Source of the DNA: Actinomycetota bacterium
GTDB lineage: Bacteria; Actinomycetota; Actinomycetes; Actinomycetales; Microbacteriaceae
Reading direction: 5' to 3'
Length of the DNA stretch: 37,908 nt
NCBI GenBank assembly: GCA_041169265.1
Contig: JBEEJJ010000001.1
Location: 1-37,908 of the forward strand
A program made the position numbers and the translations under genes. The notes under the pieces were generated by a model. It saw only the letters and a list, made by a program, of their open reading frames with translations, did no database searches and was not told the origin of the DNA. Of this stretch, positions 8,816 to 20,029 are shown one piece after another; the first letter of the stretch is position 1; each line of letters begins with the position of its first letter.

Positions 8816-10042
8816 ATGTCCAACGTGAACGAGTTCGGTCGAGTCGACGAAGAAGGCAACGTCTTCGTCATTGACTCAGGCGAAGAACGCAAGGTCGGTC
8901 AGGTTCCCGGAGCCACCCCAGAAGCTGCCCTAGCTATCTATCTAACCCGTTTTGCAGACCTGGCGACGGCGGTTCGCATCCTTGAACAGCGTGTGAAATC
9001 TAATGCGGATGCCCAGAGCATCGAGAAGGCGTTCATCAAATTGCAGGCCGATCTGGTCGAACCTCACGCAGTTGGCGACCTCGCCGCCCTTCGCGGACGA
9101 GTCGCAGCTCTAGAGCCGGCGATTGCGACCCTTCGCGAGGCGAAGGCCGAAGCGCAGAAGGAAGTCGTAGCCGCGGCACTCAAACAACGTGAGGAACTAG
9201 TGGCCAAGGCTGAGGCACTTGCAGCTGCCGACGCATCCAAGACCATCTGGAAAACCGCATCCGTCGAATTGAACTCTCTTTTCGAAGAATGGCAGGCGTC
9301 GCAAAAGAACGGTCCACGTCTTCCGAAAGCCGAAGCGGATGCCCTTTGGAAGCGTTTCAGCCAGGCACGAACCAAGTTTGAGGCGGGCAAGCGTGCATTC
9401 TTCGCCCAGGCAGACTCGGCGGCCAAGGCCGCACGCTCTAAAAAGCAGGAGTTGGTCGCCAAGGCCGAAGATCTGGTAAAGCAGGGCGCTGAGGGCTCGC
9501 TCGAGTACCGCAAGCTAGTCGATGCCTGGAAGGCTAGCGGGCGCAGCAACTCAAAGTCAGATGACGCACTTTGGGAGAAGTTCAAGGCCGCTGGAGACGC
9601 AATCTATGCTGCCCGCGCAGAAAAGAACGCGGAACTATCGGTTGGTTTTGAGGCTGCCCTGAAAGCCAAGCTTGAGATTCTGGCCGACGCGGCAAAGATT
9701 GATCCAGCCAAAGATCTCGCCGAAGCCAAGCGAGCACTTCTCGAAATCCAGAAACGCTGGGAGGCCGCCGGCCGAGTTCCAAAGGATAAGGTTCGCGAGC
9801 TTGAAGACAAGCTGCGGGCGGTGGAGCGTAAAGTTCGTGATGCAGAAGCAGAGCAGTGGCGCAAGAGTGACCCAAGCACAAAAGCTAGAACCGACTCGGT
9901 TCTTTCTCAGCTTGAAGAGTCGATTGCAAAACTCAAAATCGAACTCGAGGCCGCCAAGAAGTCCAAAGACGCCAAGAAAATTGCAGACGCCGAGGCAGCC
10001 CTCGCTGCTCGCGAAGCGTGGCTCAAGGTCGTAGCGGGCTAG
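8816..10042 (+). CDS. DUF349 repeat-containing helical protein
   Basis: N-terminal FGRVDEEGNVFV..GERKVG typical of the actinobacterial family; repeated W..aG......DaLW.rF units; AGGAG SD. Confidence 0.88.
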   Translation: MSNVNEFGRVDEEGNVFVIDSGEERKVGQVPGATPEAALAIYLTRFADLATAVRILEQRVKSNADAQSIEKAFIKLQADLVEPHAVGDLAALRGRVAALEPAIATLREAKAEAQKEVVAAALKQREELVAKAEALAAADASKTIWKTASVELNSLFEEWQASQKNGPRLPKAEADALWKRFSQARTKFEAGKRAFFAQADSAAKAARSKKQELVAKAEDLVKQGAEGSLEYRKLVDAWKASGRSNSKSDDALWEKFKAAGDAIYAARAEKNAELSVGFEAALKAKLEILADAAKIDPAKDLAEAKRALLEIQKRWEAAGRVPKDKVRELEDKLRAVERKVRDAEAEQWRKSDPSTKARTDSVLSQLEESIAKLKIELEAAKKSKDAKKIADAEAALAAREAWLKVVAG

Positions 10043-10100
10043 CAAACCAGGCGAATCGTTGTTGGCGTTTGCGCGCCATCAAAATGAATAGCGCAGGCCG

Positions 10101-12344
10101 TTAACTGTTCTTCACTCGATAAACGTCGTACACGTTATCGATTCTTCGCACCGCGTTGAGCAGATGCTCGAGAAGCTGTGCATCGCCCATTTCAAAGACG
10201 AACCGGCTGAGCGCAACTTTGTCTGCTCGGGTGGATACAGACGCCGACAGGATGTTGACGTGGTGTTCGGCGAGCACTCGAGTCACGTCGGACAAGAGTC
10301 CGCCTCGGTCTAGAGCTTCGATTTGAATCTGAACTAAGAACAAACTCTTGCCGGCTTCAGACCATGAAACGTCCATGATTCGGCCTTCTTGCTTGCGAAG
10401 GTCTCCCACGTTTCTACAGTCAACGCGGTGAACCGATACGCCTGAACCTCTCGTCACAAAGCCGATGATTTCGTCACCGGGCACGGGTGTGCAACAGCGA
10501 GCGAGTTTGGCCATGACATCGGCGTCTCCCCTGACCAAAACGCCTGAGTTGTCGGCACGGGCTCGATCGGCGCTCGATCTCTTCGGAAGTTCGAAGACCG
10601 TTTCTGTCTCGTCTTCTTCTTCGTGGAAACCGGCCGTAAGTCTTTCGATCACCGACTGCGGAGAAACGTGTCCGTCGCCCACCGCTGCGTAGAGGCTGTC
10701 GACGTCTGGGTATTTCAGTTCCGAAGCAAGCTTCACAATGCTGTCGGCACCAAGAAGTCGCTGGAGCGGCAGGTTTTGCTTGCGCATAGCCTTGGCAAGG
10801 GCATCCTTGCCGGCTTCTATGGCGTCATCGCGGCGTTCAGCCGAGAACCAGGCCTTGATCTTGCTCTTCGCTCGCGGAGACTTTACGAATCCCAACCAGT
10901 CTTTGCTCGGCCCAGCGTCGGTGGACTTGGAGGTGAAGATCTCAACGACATCACCCGAACTTAGCTCGCTTTCGAGAGGTACTAGGCGACCGTTGACCTT
11001 CGCACCCATTGTTCGGTGACCGACTTCAGTGTGCACCGCGTAGGCAAAGTCGACAGGTGTTGCGTTCGCGGGCAAGCCGATTACCTTGCCCTTTGGGGTG
11101 AATACATAAACCTCTTTGGCTCCGATTTCGAAACGGAGGCTGTCCAAAAATTCGCGTGGATCCTGGGTGTCCGCCTGCCAGTCGGTCAGGTGCTTCACCC
11201 AAGCGAGATCTTCTTCTGAAGTCGTCGTACGCCCGGACTGTTCCTTGTATTTCCAGTGAGCTGCCACACCATATTCGGCCCTGAAATGCATCTCTTGTGT
11301 ACGAATTTGGATTTCGACGGGACGCCCGTTAGGTCCGATAACCGTGGTGTGAAGTGACTGGTAAAGGTTGAACTTCGGCATCGCGATGTAATCCTTAAAC
11401 CGACCGGGAACAGGGTTCCATCGGGCGTGAATAGCGCCCAGCACGGCATAACAATCGCGAACCGACGCGACAATCACGCGAATGCCCACGAGGTCGTAGA
11501 TGTCGTCAAACTCGCGCCCGCGAACGACCATCTTTTGATAAATCGAGTAGAACTGCTTCGGTCGTCCGTCGACCTTGCCCTTGATCTTGATTTCCTTCAG
11601 GTCTTCGTCGATAGACGAGATAACACTCGCAATAAACTCGTCGCGCTTAGGGGCACGTTGTTGCACTAGGTTGATGATCTCTTCATAAACCTTTGGATAT
11701 AGCACCGAAAAACTTATGTCCTCCAGTTCCCACTTGATGGCGCTGATTCCTAGGCGGTGTGCCAACGGTGCGTAGATCTCGAGGGTCTCTTGGGCCTTGC
11801 GTCGAGCAGATTCGGGTGAGACGAATCCCCAGGTTCTGGCATTGTGCAGGCGGTCAGCCAACTTAATGACCAAGACCCTGATGTCTTTTGACATCGCCAC
11901 AACCATTTTCCGAACGGTTTCGGCCTGGGCAGCATCCCCAAACTTCACTTTGTCGAGCTTGGTAACACCATCGACCAGCATCGCCACCTCATCACCAAAG
12001 TCTGCTCGTAGCATTTCTAGGTTGTATTGGGTGTCCTCGACGGTGTCGTGCAGCAATGCGGCTGCAATAGTGGTAGGTCCGATTCCAAGATCGGCAAGGA
12101 TGCGCGCAACGGCGAGCGGATGCGTGATGTAAGGCTCACCCGATTTGCGGAGTTGACCAGTGTGGGCCTGGTCTGCTGCAGCAAAAGCTCTTTCAATTAT
12201 CGAAAGATCGGCTTTGGGGTGATTGGCCTTAACAGCCTTGACCAGATCAGCCACTTCGGCCGAATAGGTTGTCGATCGCGTGAAAAGCCGAGTAATTCCA
12301 GACTTGAGCGCACTCATAGAACTCGTTGGAGTTACGTCGCTCAT
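10101..12344 (-). CDS. rel: bifunctional (p)ppGpp synthetase/hydrolase Rel
   Basis: [13 protein letters not shown] motif [27 protein letters not shown] domain (TPVDFAY), CCTPVPGD and C-terminal ACT domain. Start chosen at ATG 12344 after GAGGT. Confidence 0.97.
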   Translation of the reverse strand: MSDVTPTSSMSALKSGITRLFTRSTTYSAEVADLVKAVKANHPKADLSIIERAFAAADQAHTGQLRKSGEPYITHPLAVARILADLGIGPTTIAAALLHDTVEDTQYNLEMLRADFGDEVAMLVDGVTKLDKVKFGDAAQAETVRKMVVAMSKDIRVLVIKLADRLHNARTWGFVSPESARRKAQETLEIYAPLAHRLGISAIKWELEDISFSVLYPKVYEEIINLVQQRAPKRDEFIASVISSIDEDLKEIKIKGKVDGRPKQFYSIYQKMVVRGREFDDIYDLVGIRVIVASVRDCYAVLGAIHARWNPVPGRFKDYIAMPKFNLYQSLHTTVIGPNGRPVEIQIRTQEMHFRAEYGVAAHWKYKEQSGRTTTSEEDLAWVKHLTDWQADTQDPREFLDSLRFEIGAKEVYVFTPKGKVIGLPANATPVDFAYAVHTEVGHRTMGAKVNGRLVPLESELSSGDVVEIFTSKSTDAGPSKDWLGFVKSPRAKSKIKAWFSAERRDDAIEAGKDALAKAMRKQNLPLQRLLGADSIVKLASELKYPDVDSLYAAVGDGHVSPQSVIERLTAGFHEEEDETETVFELPKRSSADRARADNSGVLVRGDADVMAKLARCCTPVPGDEIIGFVTRGSGVSVHRVDCRNVGDLRKQEGRIMDVSWSEAGKSLFLVQIQIEALDRGGLLSDVTRVLAEHHVNILSASVSTRADKVALSRFVFEMGDAQLLEHLLNAVRRIDNVYDVYRVKNS

Positions 12345-12392
12345 TGAAACCTCACTAGTTGGATTCAACTAGCCTAACCAAGAAGCCCGTGA

Positions 12393-13364
12393 CTAGCGTC
12401 GAGCCAGAACCTTAGCGGCTGCATCCTTGTAGATCTTTTCGCCCTCACGCAAATGTGAATAGAAAGGAGCCGCGATGAAGATGGTTGAGTACGTGCCAAC
12501 GATGATACCGATGAACAGTGCAAGCGAAATGTCCTTTAGGGTTCCTGCACCTAGGAAAACAGAACCGATGAACAGAATGGCCGCAACCGGAAGCACGGCT
12601 ACTACCGAAGTGTTGATCGAGCGCACAAGGGTCTGGTTGATGGCAAGATTAACGCGTTCCTTGAACGTGGCGGTCTCGCTGAACTCAACTTCGAAGGTGT
12701 TTTCGCGGATCTTGTCGAACACCACAACGGTGTCATAGAGCGAATAACCCAGGATGGTCAAGAATCCGATTACGGCAGCAGGGGTTACTTCGAAGCCCAG
12801 TGCTCCGTAGATTCCGGCTGTGACGACCAGGTCGTGTAGCAAGGCAAGGACTGCTGCTGCAGACATCTTGATGGTTCGGAAGTAGAGAGCCATCAAGACG
12901 GCCGCAAGTCCGATGAACCAAAGCAGACCGGTGATCGCCTTGCCAGTGATTTCCTGGCCCCAGGAAGGACCAATGAAGCTAGAGGATACCGCGCTCGACT
13001 CGACACCATAAGCGGCGGCAAGCGAGGTTCGAATCTGCTCGGCCTGTTCGTCTGTGAGCTTGGTCGTCTGGATTCGCAAGTCGTCGGTACCGACGGTTGA
13101 GATCAGAGGTTCGACGCCCGGAAGAACTTCGTGAACCGTGTCACGAGCCTTTGTGTCACCTTGTTCGGCAACTGCAGTCACGCGGAATTCGCTACCGCCG
13201 CGGAATTCAATACCGAGTTGAAAACCGCCCCGAGAAACAGGAAGTATGACTGCTAGGGCTACAACTACCGCAGCGATTGCGTACCAAAGCTTGCGACGTC
13301 CGACGAAGTCGATTGACTTTTCGCCACTGTAAAGGGCGTTACCGAAATCTGAAAAGCGGCTCAT
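12393..13364 (-). CDS. secF: protein translocase subunit SecF
   Basis: Motifs LGIEFRGG, IGPSWG, GYSLYDTVVVFDKIREN and QTLVRSINT. Confidence 0.97.
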   Translation of the reverse strand: MSRFSDFGNALYSGEKSIDFVGRRKLWYAIAAVVVALAVILPVSRGGFQLGIEFRGGSEFRVTAVAEQGDTKARDTVHEVLPGVEPLISTVGTDDLRIQTTKLTDEQAEQIRTSLAAAYGVESSAVSSSFIGPSWGQEITGKAITGLLWFIGLAAVLMALYFRTIKMSAAAVLALLHDLVVTAGIYGALGFEVTPAAVIGFLTILGYSLYDTVVVFDKIRENTFEVEFSETATFKERVNLAINQTLVRSINTSVVAVLPVAAILFIGSVFLGAGTLKDISLALFIGIIVGTYSTIFIAAPFYSHLREGEKIYKDAAAKVLARR

Positions 13365-13366
13365 GT

Positions 13367-15097
13367 CTACTGGTCCTTCTTAGCGGTGCCCGATTCGGCA
13401 GCCTTGCGTTCTGCAATGGTTTGACGACGATTCGCCTCACGCGAAGTTTTCTTAGCCTTTCCGTCGGTTACAGACGGAGCCACGCGGAACTGTCCTCGAC
13501 CGATGTAGCCTGCGCCAGTTTTGACTTCAAACCCCGACCATTTGTTGCCGCTACTGAAGAACTTCGTGTTGGCGAGCAACTGGAGAAGCGGGTGAGTGAA
13601 CAACATGACAACTGCGAGGTCAATCAGAGTCGTGAGACCGAGTGTGAAAGCGAATCCTCGAACGTTTCCAACGGTCAGCACATACAAGGTTCCCGCAGCG
13701 AGCAGGCTCACTGCGTCAGAGACGATGATGGTTCTGACGGCGCGCTTCCAGCCCATTTCGACGGCCGCGGTAAGTGGACGGCCTTCGCGAAGTTCATCTC
13801 TCACGCGCTCGAAGTAGACGATGAATGAGTCGGCCGTGATACCGATTGCCACAATAAGACCAGCTACACCGGCCAACGAGAGGCGGTATCCCTGACGCCA
13901 TGAAAGAACCGCAATGACTAGGTATGTCAGCACCGCAGCAACGATCAGCGAGCCGATAGTCACGATCGCAAGACCGCGGTACTGGAATAGTGAGTAGATA
14001 ACAACCAGCAAGAGTCCGATGCCTCCGGCCAGAAGTCCATTTGCCAGCTGCGAGCCTCCAAGTGTGGCCGAAATGTTCTCTTGGCTTTGCACTTCGAAGC
14101 TGATTGGAAGGGATCCGTACTTCAGCTGATCCGCGAGACTCTTTGCGCCTTCTTGGTCGAAGTTTCCGGTGATTTCGGCTGATCCATTGCTGATCACGGC
14201 GTTGGTCGACGGGGCGGTGATGACATAGCCGTCAATCGTCACAGCAAACCGGTTGTAAGGGTCGGTCAACGGGAAAAGACGCTTGGTGACATCTGCAAAC
14301 TTCTTGGCACCCGCATCCGAGAAATTGAGTGATACGGCCCACTCGTTCAGTGAGGCTCCGGTGCTCGAGCTTCTCGTTCCGGCCGAGGCGTCCGAGATGT
14401 CGGTTCCAGCTAGTTCAACGGGACCAAGGATGTATTTGAAAACACCATCGCGATCACAGGTGACCAGCGGTTTGGTCGGGTCGTCCACCTGACCGGGTTC
14501 GCGGAAGTCGGAGACTGTGCTGGTGGCCTTCGTCTTACAGGCGAGTGCGTCGTACTTGGCCTGAATTTCCTCGGTCACCCAGTTGAGGTCGCTAGGTGAA
14601 GTCGGCGCTGCGGACCCCGTAGCAATCGGAGCTGAGGTCGGCTTGCTCGTTGGAGTTGACGTGCTGTCGCCTCCAACTGCCGTCGAAGTGTCTTGGGTCG
14701 TCGCTAGCACCGGGCGGAACTCAAGCAGCGCACTTGCCTTGATTAGTTTCAATGTGGCTTCGTCTGGTTTTCCAGGGATGCTGACCACAATGGCTGCGTT
14801 TGCCGCTTCACCCTGAGTGGTGATCTGAGCCTCGCTAACGCCAGTTGCGTCGACGCGCTGGCGAATAATGGCCACCGCCTGGTCAAGCTGACCTTGGGTC
14901 GCAGCCTTGCCCTCTCCTAGGCTCGGCGAAAGGATGATCTGCGTTCCACCCTGCAGATCGAGCGCAAGGGATGGAACATAGGATGCGGGGGCGCCAGCAG
15001 CCTGAGCTCCACCGATGAGTGCAGCGAGCCCGATGATTAGGAGAAAAAACCAGCTGAGTTTCTTGCGCGAATTGCGCACCAATCCGTTGTCTGACAT
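13367..15097 (-). CDS. secD: protein translocase subunit SecD
   Basis: Motifs LALDLQGG, IRQRVD..GVSE, LKYGSLP, ISATLG and IGITADSFIVYFERVRDE. Confidence 0.97.
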   Translation of the reverse strand: MSDNGLVRNSRKKLSWFFLLIIGLAALIGGAQAAGAPASYVPSLALDLQGGTQIILSPSLGEGKAATQGQLDQAVAIIRQRVDATGVSEAQITTQGEAANAAIVVSIPGKPDEATLKLIKASALLEFRPVLATTQDTSTAVGGDSTSTPTSKPTSAPIATGSAAPTSPSDLNWVTEEIQAKYDALACKTKATSTVSDFREPGQVDDPTKPLVTCDRDGVFKYILGPVELAGTDISDASAGTRSSSTGASLNEWAVSLNFSDAGAKKFADVTKRLFPLTDPYNRFAVTIDGYVITAPSTNAVISNGSAEITGNFDQEGAKSLADQLKYGSLPISFEVQSQENISATLGGSQLANGLLAGGIGLLLVVIYSLFQYRGLAIVTIGSLIVAAVLTYLVIAVLSWRQGYRLSLAGVAGLIVAIGITADSFIVYFERVRDELREGRPLTAAVEMGWKRAVRTIIVSDAVSLLAAGTLYVLTVGNVRGFAFTLGLTTLIDLAVVMLFTHPLLQLLANTKFFSSGNKWSGFEVKTGAGYIGRGQFRVAPSVTDGKAKKTSREANRRQTIAERKAAESGTAKKDQ

Positions 15098-15490
15098 TTA
15101 GTCGGCTTTCTTGGCGGCAGTCTTCTTAGCGGAAGTCTTGGTCGCCTGCGCCTTAGCCGCTGGCTTTACGGCTGATGGCTTTTTTGCGGCGGGTGCCTTA
15201 ACGACCGAGGCTTTAGGTGCAACCGGCTCGACCACCGGAGTCGGCAATACGCGAGCGACGGCGCCTCGGGCGACCTCGATGGTTGATCCAGCAGACTTGA
15301 TCACAAGACGGTCAGAAGCGATTGATTCAACGGTTCCGTAGACACCTGAACCGAGCATCACTTCGACACCAACAACAAGTTGTTCGGCAAGCATCTGGGC
15401 TTGCTTCTTGCGAGTTCTGCTCGAGTTCCAGAGGAGGAAACCCATCATCGCGATCATTACGACGAGGAAAATCTCGTTCATTATTGCCAT
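15098..15490 (-). CDS. yajC: preprotein translocase subunit YajC with Lys/Ala-rich tail
   Basis: TM helix, RKKQ, L.VG.EV.L.SG.YGTV and IEVARGAV; immediately upstream of secD. Confidence 0.92.
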   Translation of the reverse strand: MAIMNEIFLVVMIAMMGFLLWNSSRTRKKQAQMLAEQLVVGVEVMLGSGVYGTVESIASDRLVIKSAGSTIEVARGAVARVLPTPVVEPVAPKASVVKAPAAKKPSAVKPAAKAQATKTSAKKTAAKKAD

Positions 15491-15534
15491 CCTTTAGCCA
15501 CCAAGTCGGTTGGGCACTTGTTCGATTATAGGTT

Positions 15535-16533
15535 CTAGAAGCCGGGTAGACGGTCGCTTGGTGCGGATTCGCCAAGGTGACGATAGGCGGCCGACGTCGC
15601 CTGACGACCGCGCGAAGTTCGCGCAATTAGGCCAAGCCTGATCAGGTACGGCTCGACTACTTCCTCAATGGTGTCTCGTTCCTCGCCGATGGCAACGGCG
15701 AGCGTTCCTAGCCCAACCGGCTTTCCCGCGAACTTGCGCACGAGCACTTCGAGAATCGACCGGTCGATGCGGTCTAGACCAAGTTCATCAATGTCGTACA
15801 GGGTGAGCGCATCCTTGGTGTTGTTCTGGTTGATTTTGCCGTCACCATGCACCAGCGCGAAGTCACGCACGCGCTTCAGCAGGCGGTTTGCGATTCTAGG
15901 GGTGCCTCGTGATCTGCTAGCAATTAGAGCCGATGAGGCTGAGTCGATCTGCACCGAAAGCTTTTCGGAGGCACGCTCAACGACCTTCGCAAGCTCGTCT
16001 TCTGAATAGAAATCTAAATGCGCTGTGAATCCAAATCGATCGCGGAGTGGATTCGGCAACATGCCCGAACGAGTGGTAGCACCAACCAGCGTGAAGGGTT
16101 CAATGTCGAGAGAAATTGAGTTTGCGCCGGCACCCTTGCCAACCATCACATCCACTCGAAAATCTTCCATCGCCAAGTAGAGCATTTCTTCGGCAGACCG
16201 CGACATGCGGTGAATCTCGTCGATGAACAAAACTTCTCCGTGCGAGAGCGAAGACAAAATTGAGGCCAGGTCACCAGCGTGTTGGATCGTTGGTCCACTT
16301 GTCAGCCGCAAGGGAACTCCACGCTCTTTGGCTACGATCATGGCGAGGGTCGTTTTACCGAGTCCTGGAGGGCCTGCCAGCAGAATGTGCTCTGCAGCCC
16401 GGTTTTGCAGCCTAGCCGCTTCGATGAGAAGTGAAATTTGGTTTCTGACACCCTGTTGGCCGACAAACTCATCGAGGGACTCGGGTCGAAGCTTTGTCTC
16501 AAAAGCAAGGTCGTCTGGTTCGGATTCGAGCAT
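15535..16533 (-). CDS. ruvB: Holliday junction branch migration ATPase RuvB
   Basis: Motifs [50 protein letters not shown] and EPYL. Confidence 0.99.
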   Translation of the reverse strand: MLESEPDDLAFETKLRPESLDEFVGQQGVRNQISLLIEAARLQNRAAEHILLAGPPGLGKTTLAMIVAKERGVPLRLTSGPTIQHAGDLASILSSLSHGEVLFIDEIHRMSRSAEEMLYLAMEDFRVDVMVGKGAGANSISLDIEPFTLVGATTRSGMLPNPLRDRFGFTAHLDFYSEDELAKVVERASEKLSVQIDSASSALIASRSRGTPRIANRLLKRVRDFALVHGDGKINQNNTKDALTLYDIDELGLDRIDRSILEVLVRKFAGKPVGLGTLAVAIGEERDTIEEVVEPYLIRLGLIARTSRGRQATSAAYRHLGESAPSDRLPGF

Positions 16534-16535
16534 GT

Positions 16536-17102
16536 CTAGTTGCCTCTAGTTCCCGAGAGTTCTGCCAAGGCTCGGCGAAGCACTTCCGAGGTCGAACCTT
16601 CCGATCCAACGGCGGAGAGTGCGCCAAGAGCCTGCTTCTCCGCATAACCCAGCCCGATAAGGGCAACCAATACATCGGACGAAGTTCCCTTGGCAGTGGC
16701 GGCCGTTTGAAGTTTGCCGGCCAATGTGACAACTATGAGTTTGGCTGTCTTGGGTCCAATTCCAGGAACCGATTTAAACGTTGCATCGCTCTCGGTCGCA
16801 ACAGCTTGCCGAATGGCATCCACAGACAGACTGGCCAGAATTGCTAGTCCTAGTTTCGGTCCGATTCCGCTGACACTTGTGACTAAGTCGAAAAGTTCGA
16901 TTTCTTCTGGAGTTTCGAATCCAAAGACTGTCATGGAATCTTCGCGCACGACGAGGCGAGTTTGGAGGGTGACTTCTTGCCCTTCGTCCACCGAAGCGCT
17001 CAACTGTGGGGTAACGTTGACGGAATAACCGACTCCCCCAACGTCAATAACGATTGAGTTCGGGTTCTTCGCCAAAATGTGGCCACGGAGTGAAGCGATC
17101 AC
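16536..17102 (-). CDS. ruvA: Holliday junction DNA-binding protein RuvA
   Basis: Motifs MIASLRG, GGVGY, VREDS...FGF, HhH motifs VSGIGPK and VPGIGPKTA, and ALIGLGY. Confidence 0.98.
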   Translation of the reverse strand: MIASLRGHILAKNPNSIVIDVGGVGYSVNVTPQLSASVDEGQEVTLQTRLVVREDSMTVFGFETPEEIELFDLVTSVSGIGPKLGLAILASLSVDAIRQAVATESDATFKSVPGIGPKTAKLIVVTLAGKLQTAATAKGTSSDVLVALIGLGYAEKQALGALSAVGSEGSTSEVLRRALAELSGTRGN

Positions 17103-17115
17103 CCCTAAAGCCTAC

Positions 17116-17673
17116 TTACGAACGTTTGCGATTGGCCGCAGCCGCGATGGCCTTTTGCCAGGTCTCCGTGGCCTTAGTTGTCGGCAGCCCACTCGAGGGC
17201 GAATAGGACTTCCATCCGCAGGTTATTGCGATGGCCAGGGCGTCGGCAGCATCGGCTGGTTTCGGTATTTCTGAGAGTGCCAGAATCTTGGTGACCATAG
17301 TGCCTATTTGTGCCTTTTCAGCCCGCCCAGAACCCGTCACAGCGGCCTTTACTTCGGACGGGGTGTAGAAACTTAGTGGAATACCGTGGCGCTGTGCCAG
17401 GAGCAGCACCACACCCGAGATTTGAGCAACCCCCATCACGGTTCTTAGGTTCGCCTGCGCGAACACTCGTTCGAGTGCGATTCGCTCGGGTTTGTGAGTC
17501 GTTATAGCCTCTTCGATTGCTGTGGCGAGTTGGCCAATGCGATCTTGCAGCTCATCGGTTGCCGCACTTTTTGCCGTCGAAACGTGCACCATGGTGCACT
17601 TTCGTTGCTTGTCAATGTCCACGACACCGATACCGCACCTGGTTAGACCCGGGTCGATGCCAAGGATGCGCAT
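17116..17673 (-). CDS. ruvC: crossover junction endodeoxyribonuclease RuvC
   Basis: Motifs ILGIDPGLTRCG, ERVF, YTPSEVK.AVTGSGRA.K and DAADALAIA. Confidence 0.98.
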   Translation of the reverse strand: MRILGIDPGLTRCGIGVVDIDKQRKCTMVHVSTAKSAATDELQDRIGQLATAIEEAITTHKPERIALERVFAQANLRTVMGVAQISGVVLLLAQRHGIPLSFYTPSEVKAAVTGSGRAEKAQIGTMVTKILALSEIPKPADAADALAIAITCGWKSYSPSSGLPTTKATETWQKAIAAAANRKRS

Positions 17674-17675
17674 CT

Positions 17676-18434
17676 TTAGTCGTTGTCCAACTCGGCAAGA
17701 ACTTCGGCAGACATGCCAACGTTCGAGTAGACGTTCTGAACCTCGTCCGAGTCTTCGAGTGCGTCGATGAGTTTGATAACCTTGCGAGCCGTTTCAGCAT
17801 CGACTGGCACCTCCAAAGAGGCAACGAATTCAACGTCGGCACTTTCGTAGTCGATAGATGCGTTTTGCAACGCGAGTCGCACCGGCACCATGTCGCTCGG
17901 ATCTGTGGTGATTACGAACTGCTCGCCGCGATCATCTACGTTATCTACCGAGAATTCCAACACGGCTTCGAGAATCGAGTCCTCGTTCGTGCCTTCGGCC
18001 TTTTCTACGAGGATTACGCCCTTGCGTGCGAATTGATAGGACACTGAACCTGGGTCGGCAAGAGTTCCACCGTTACGGCTCAGAGCCAACCGAACTTCTC
18101 CGGCTGCTCGGTTCTTGTTGTCGGTCAAGCACTCGATTAATAGTGCGACGCCGTTCGGACCGTATGCCTCGTAAATGATCGTCTGGTATTCGACGGCGTC
18201 GTCGCCGATTCCGGAACCCCGCTTGATGGCGCGATCGATATTGTCGTTTGGAAGGGAGCTTTTACGACCCTTTTGAACAGCGTCATAAAGAGTCGGATTT
18301 CCGTCGATGTCAGGCCCGCCGAGGCGCGCAGCAACCTCAATGTTCTTGATTAGCTTGGCAAAAAGCTTGGCGCGACGACCGTCGATGACAGCCTTTTTGT
18401 GCTTGGTAGTAGCCCATTTAGAGTGGCCGGACAT
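17676..18434 (-). CDS. yebC: YebC/PmpR family protein
   Basis: Motifs [28 protein letters not shown] and DEVQNVYSN. Confidence 0.98.
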   Translation of the reverse strand: MSGHSKWATTKHKKAVIDGRRAKLFAKLIKNIEVAARLGGPDIDGNPTLYDAVQKGRKSSLPNDNIDRAIKRGSGIGDDAVEYQTIIYEAYGPNGVALLIECLTDNKNRAAGEVRLALSRNGGTLADPGSVSYQFARKGVILVEKAEGTNEDSILEAVLEFSVDNVDDRGEQFVITTDPSDMVPVRLALQNASIDYESADVEFVASLEVPVDAETARKVIKLIDALEDSDEVQNVYSNVGMSAEVLAELDND

Positions 18435-18484
18435 GAAAAATCTCCCAGTGTTTTGGTTTCGATAAGTCTAGCGGGAGGCCTTGT

Positions 18485-19066
18485 TTAGCCGACGAATTCG
18501 CGCACAAAGAGTTCGTGCACGCGCGTTTCTCCGGTGACTTCTGGGTGGAAACTGATGCCCAGTAGGTTTTGCTGGCGCACCGCAACTACTCGACCATCTG
18601 GCAGTGTGGCGAGGGCGCTTGCTTTTGGTCCAACTTTCTCAATAATCGGGGCACGGATGAACGCAGCCGTCATCGGGTTACCTTCAACTCCCTCGAACTC
18701 AAGGTCAATCTCAAAGGACTCGGTTTGGTGACCGAAGGCGTTGCGGCGAACGACCACATCAAGGCCACCGAAGGTTTCTTGACCTTCGATTCCGTCGAGG
18801 ATTTCGTCGGCTAAGAGAATGAGCCCCGCGCAGGTGCCGAACGTTGGTAGACCGTCAGCAATGGCTTCCCTGATCGGATCAAAAAGGTTGAAGATTCGGG
18901 ATAGTTTGGCGATGGTTGTGGATTCACCGCCGGGCAAGATCAATCCGTCTACGCTGGCGAGGCCTGCCAATGTCTTGACCGGGACGCCGGCTACACCAAC
19001 CTCACTAAGGGTTGATAAGTGCTCGCGCACATCCCCTTGAAAAGCGAGGACGCCTACCTTGGTCAA
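18485..19066 (-). CDS. pdxT: PLP synthase glutaminase subunit
   Basis: Motifs GVLAFQGDVREH, LPGGEST, GTCAGLILL, RNAFG, FIRAP and SFHPE. Confidence 0.98.
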   Translation of the reverse strand: MTKVGVLAFQGDVREHLSTLSEVGVAGVPVKTLAGLASVDGLILPGGESTTIAKLSRIFNLFDPIREAIADGLPTFGTCAGLILLADEILDGIEGQETFGGLDVVVRRNAFGHQTESFEIDLEFEGVEGNPMTAAFIRAPIIEKVGPKASALATLPDGRVVAVRQQNLLGISFHPEVTGETRVHELFVREFVG

Positions 19067-19972
19067 CTACCAGCCGCGATCTGCCAAACGGTGTGGCGCA
19101 GGAATGTCGTTCACGTTGATGCCGACCATTGCCTCTCCGAGTCCACGACTGACTTCTGCCAGCACTGCTGGGTCGTTGTAGAAGGTCGTTGCCTTCACAA
19201 TTGCCTTGGCGCGAGCAACCGGGTCTCCGGACTTGAAGATTCCCGAGCCCACGAACACGCCGTCTGCTCCAAGCTGCATCATCATTGCGGCGTCGGCCGG
19301 CGTTGCCACTCCTCCAGCGGTGAACATTACGACAGGGAGCTTGCCCGTGCTTGCTACTTCTCGCACCAGTTCATAAGGCGCTTGGAGTTCTTTAGCGGCG
19401 ACGTAGAGTTCGTCTTCGCTCTTTGCGGCGAGAGCGCGAATCTCTGCTGAGATAGTGCGAATGTGCTTGGTCGCTTCTGAAACGTCGCCGGTGCCGGCCT
19501 CGCCCTTTGAACGGATCATCGCTGCACCCTCGGTGATACGGCGCAGTGCCTCACCGAGATTCGTGGCTCCACATACGAATGGAACGTCAAATTTCCACTT
19601 GTCGATGTGGTTCACGTAATCTGCTGGACTCAAAACTTCGGATTCATCGATGTAGTCAACATTGAGCGCCTGAAGAATCTGTGCCTCAACAAAGTGCCCA
19701 ATGCGAGCTTTTGCCATGACGGGAATCGAAACCGCGTTGATGATGCCATCGATCATGTCTGGGTCGCTCATACGCGCAACGCCACCCTGTGCGCGGATGT
19801 CCGCTGGAACACGCTCTAGTGCCATGACGGCTACTGCGCCTGCATCCTCAGCGATTTTTGCTTGTTCTGGGGTAACGACGTCCATAATGACGCCACCCTT
19901 TAGCATCTCGGCTAGGCCGCGCTTGACTCGAGAGGTGGCTACGCTTGCTGAATTGTTCTGAGAATCGCTCAT
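19067..19972 (-). CDS. pdxS: PLP synthase lyase subunit
   Basis: Motifs [36 protein letters not shown] and GVFVGSGIF. Confidence 0.99.
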   Translation of the reverse strand: MSDSQNNSASVATSRVKRGLAEMLKGGVIMDVVTPEQAKIAEDAGAVAVMALERVPADIRAQGGVARMSDPDMIDGIINAVSIPVMAKARIGHFVEAQILQALNVDYIDESEVLSPADYVNHIDKWKFDVPFVCGATNLGEALRRITEGAAMIRSKGEAGTGDVSEATKHIRTISAEIRALAAKSEDELYVAAKELQAPYELVREVASTGKLPVVMFTAGGVATPADAAMMMQLGADGVFVGSGIFKSGDPVARAKAIVKATTFYNDPAVLAEVSRGLGEAMVGINVNDIPAPHRLADRGW

Positions 19973-20029
19973 AAACCAAGTCTAACCTCTGCGAATGGTG
20001 CCAAGAAAACGCTTGAAACTTTCCGCAAT

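Noticed and set aside
17117-17131. CGAACGTTTGCGA next to the ruvA -10 as an SOS box
   Set aside because: Only one good half-site, and the spacing is wrong.
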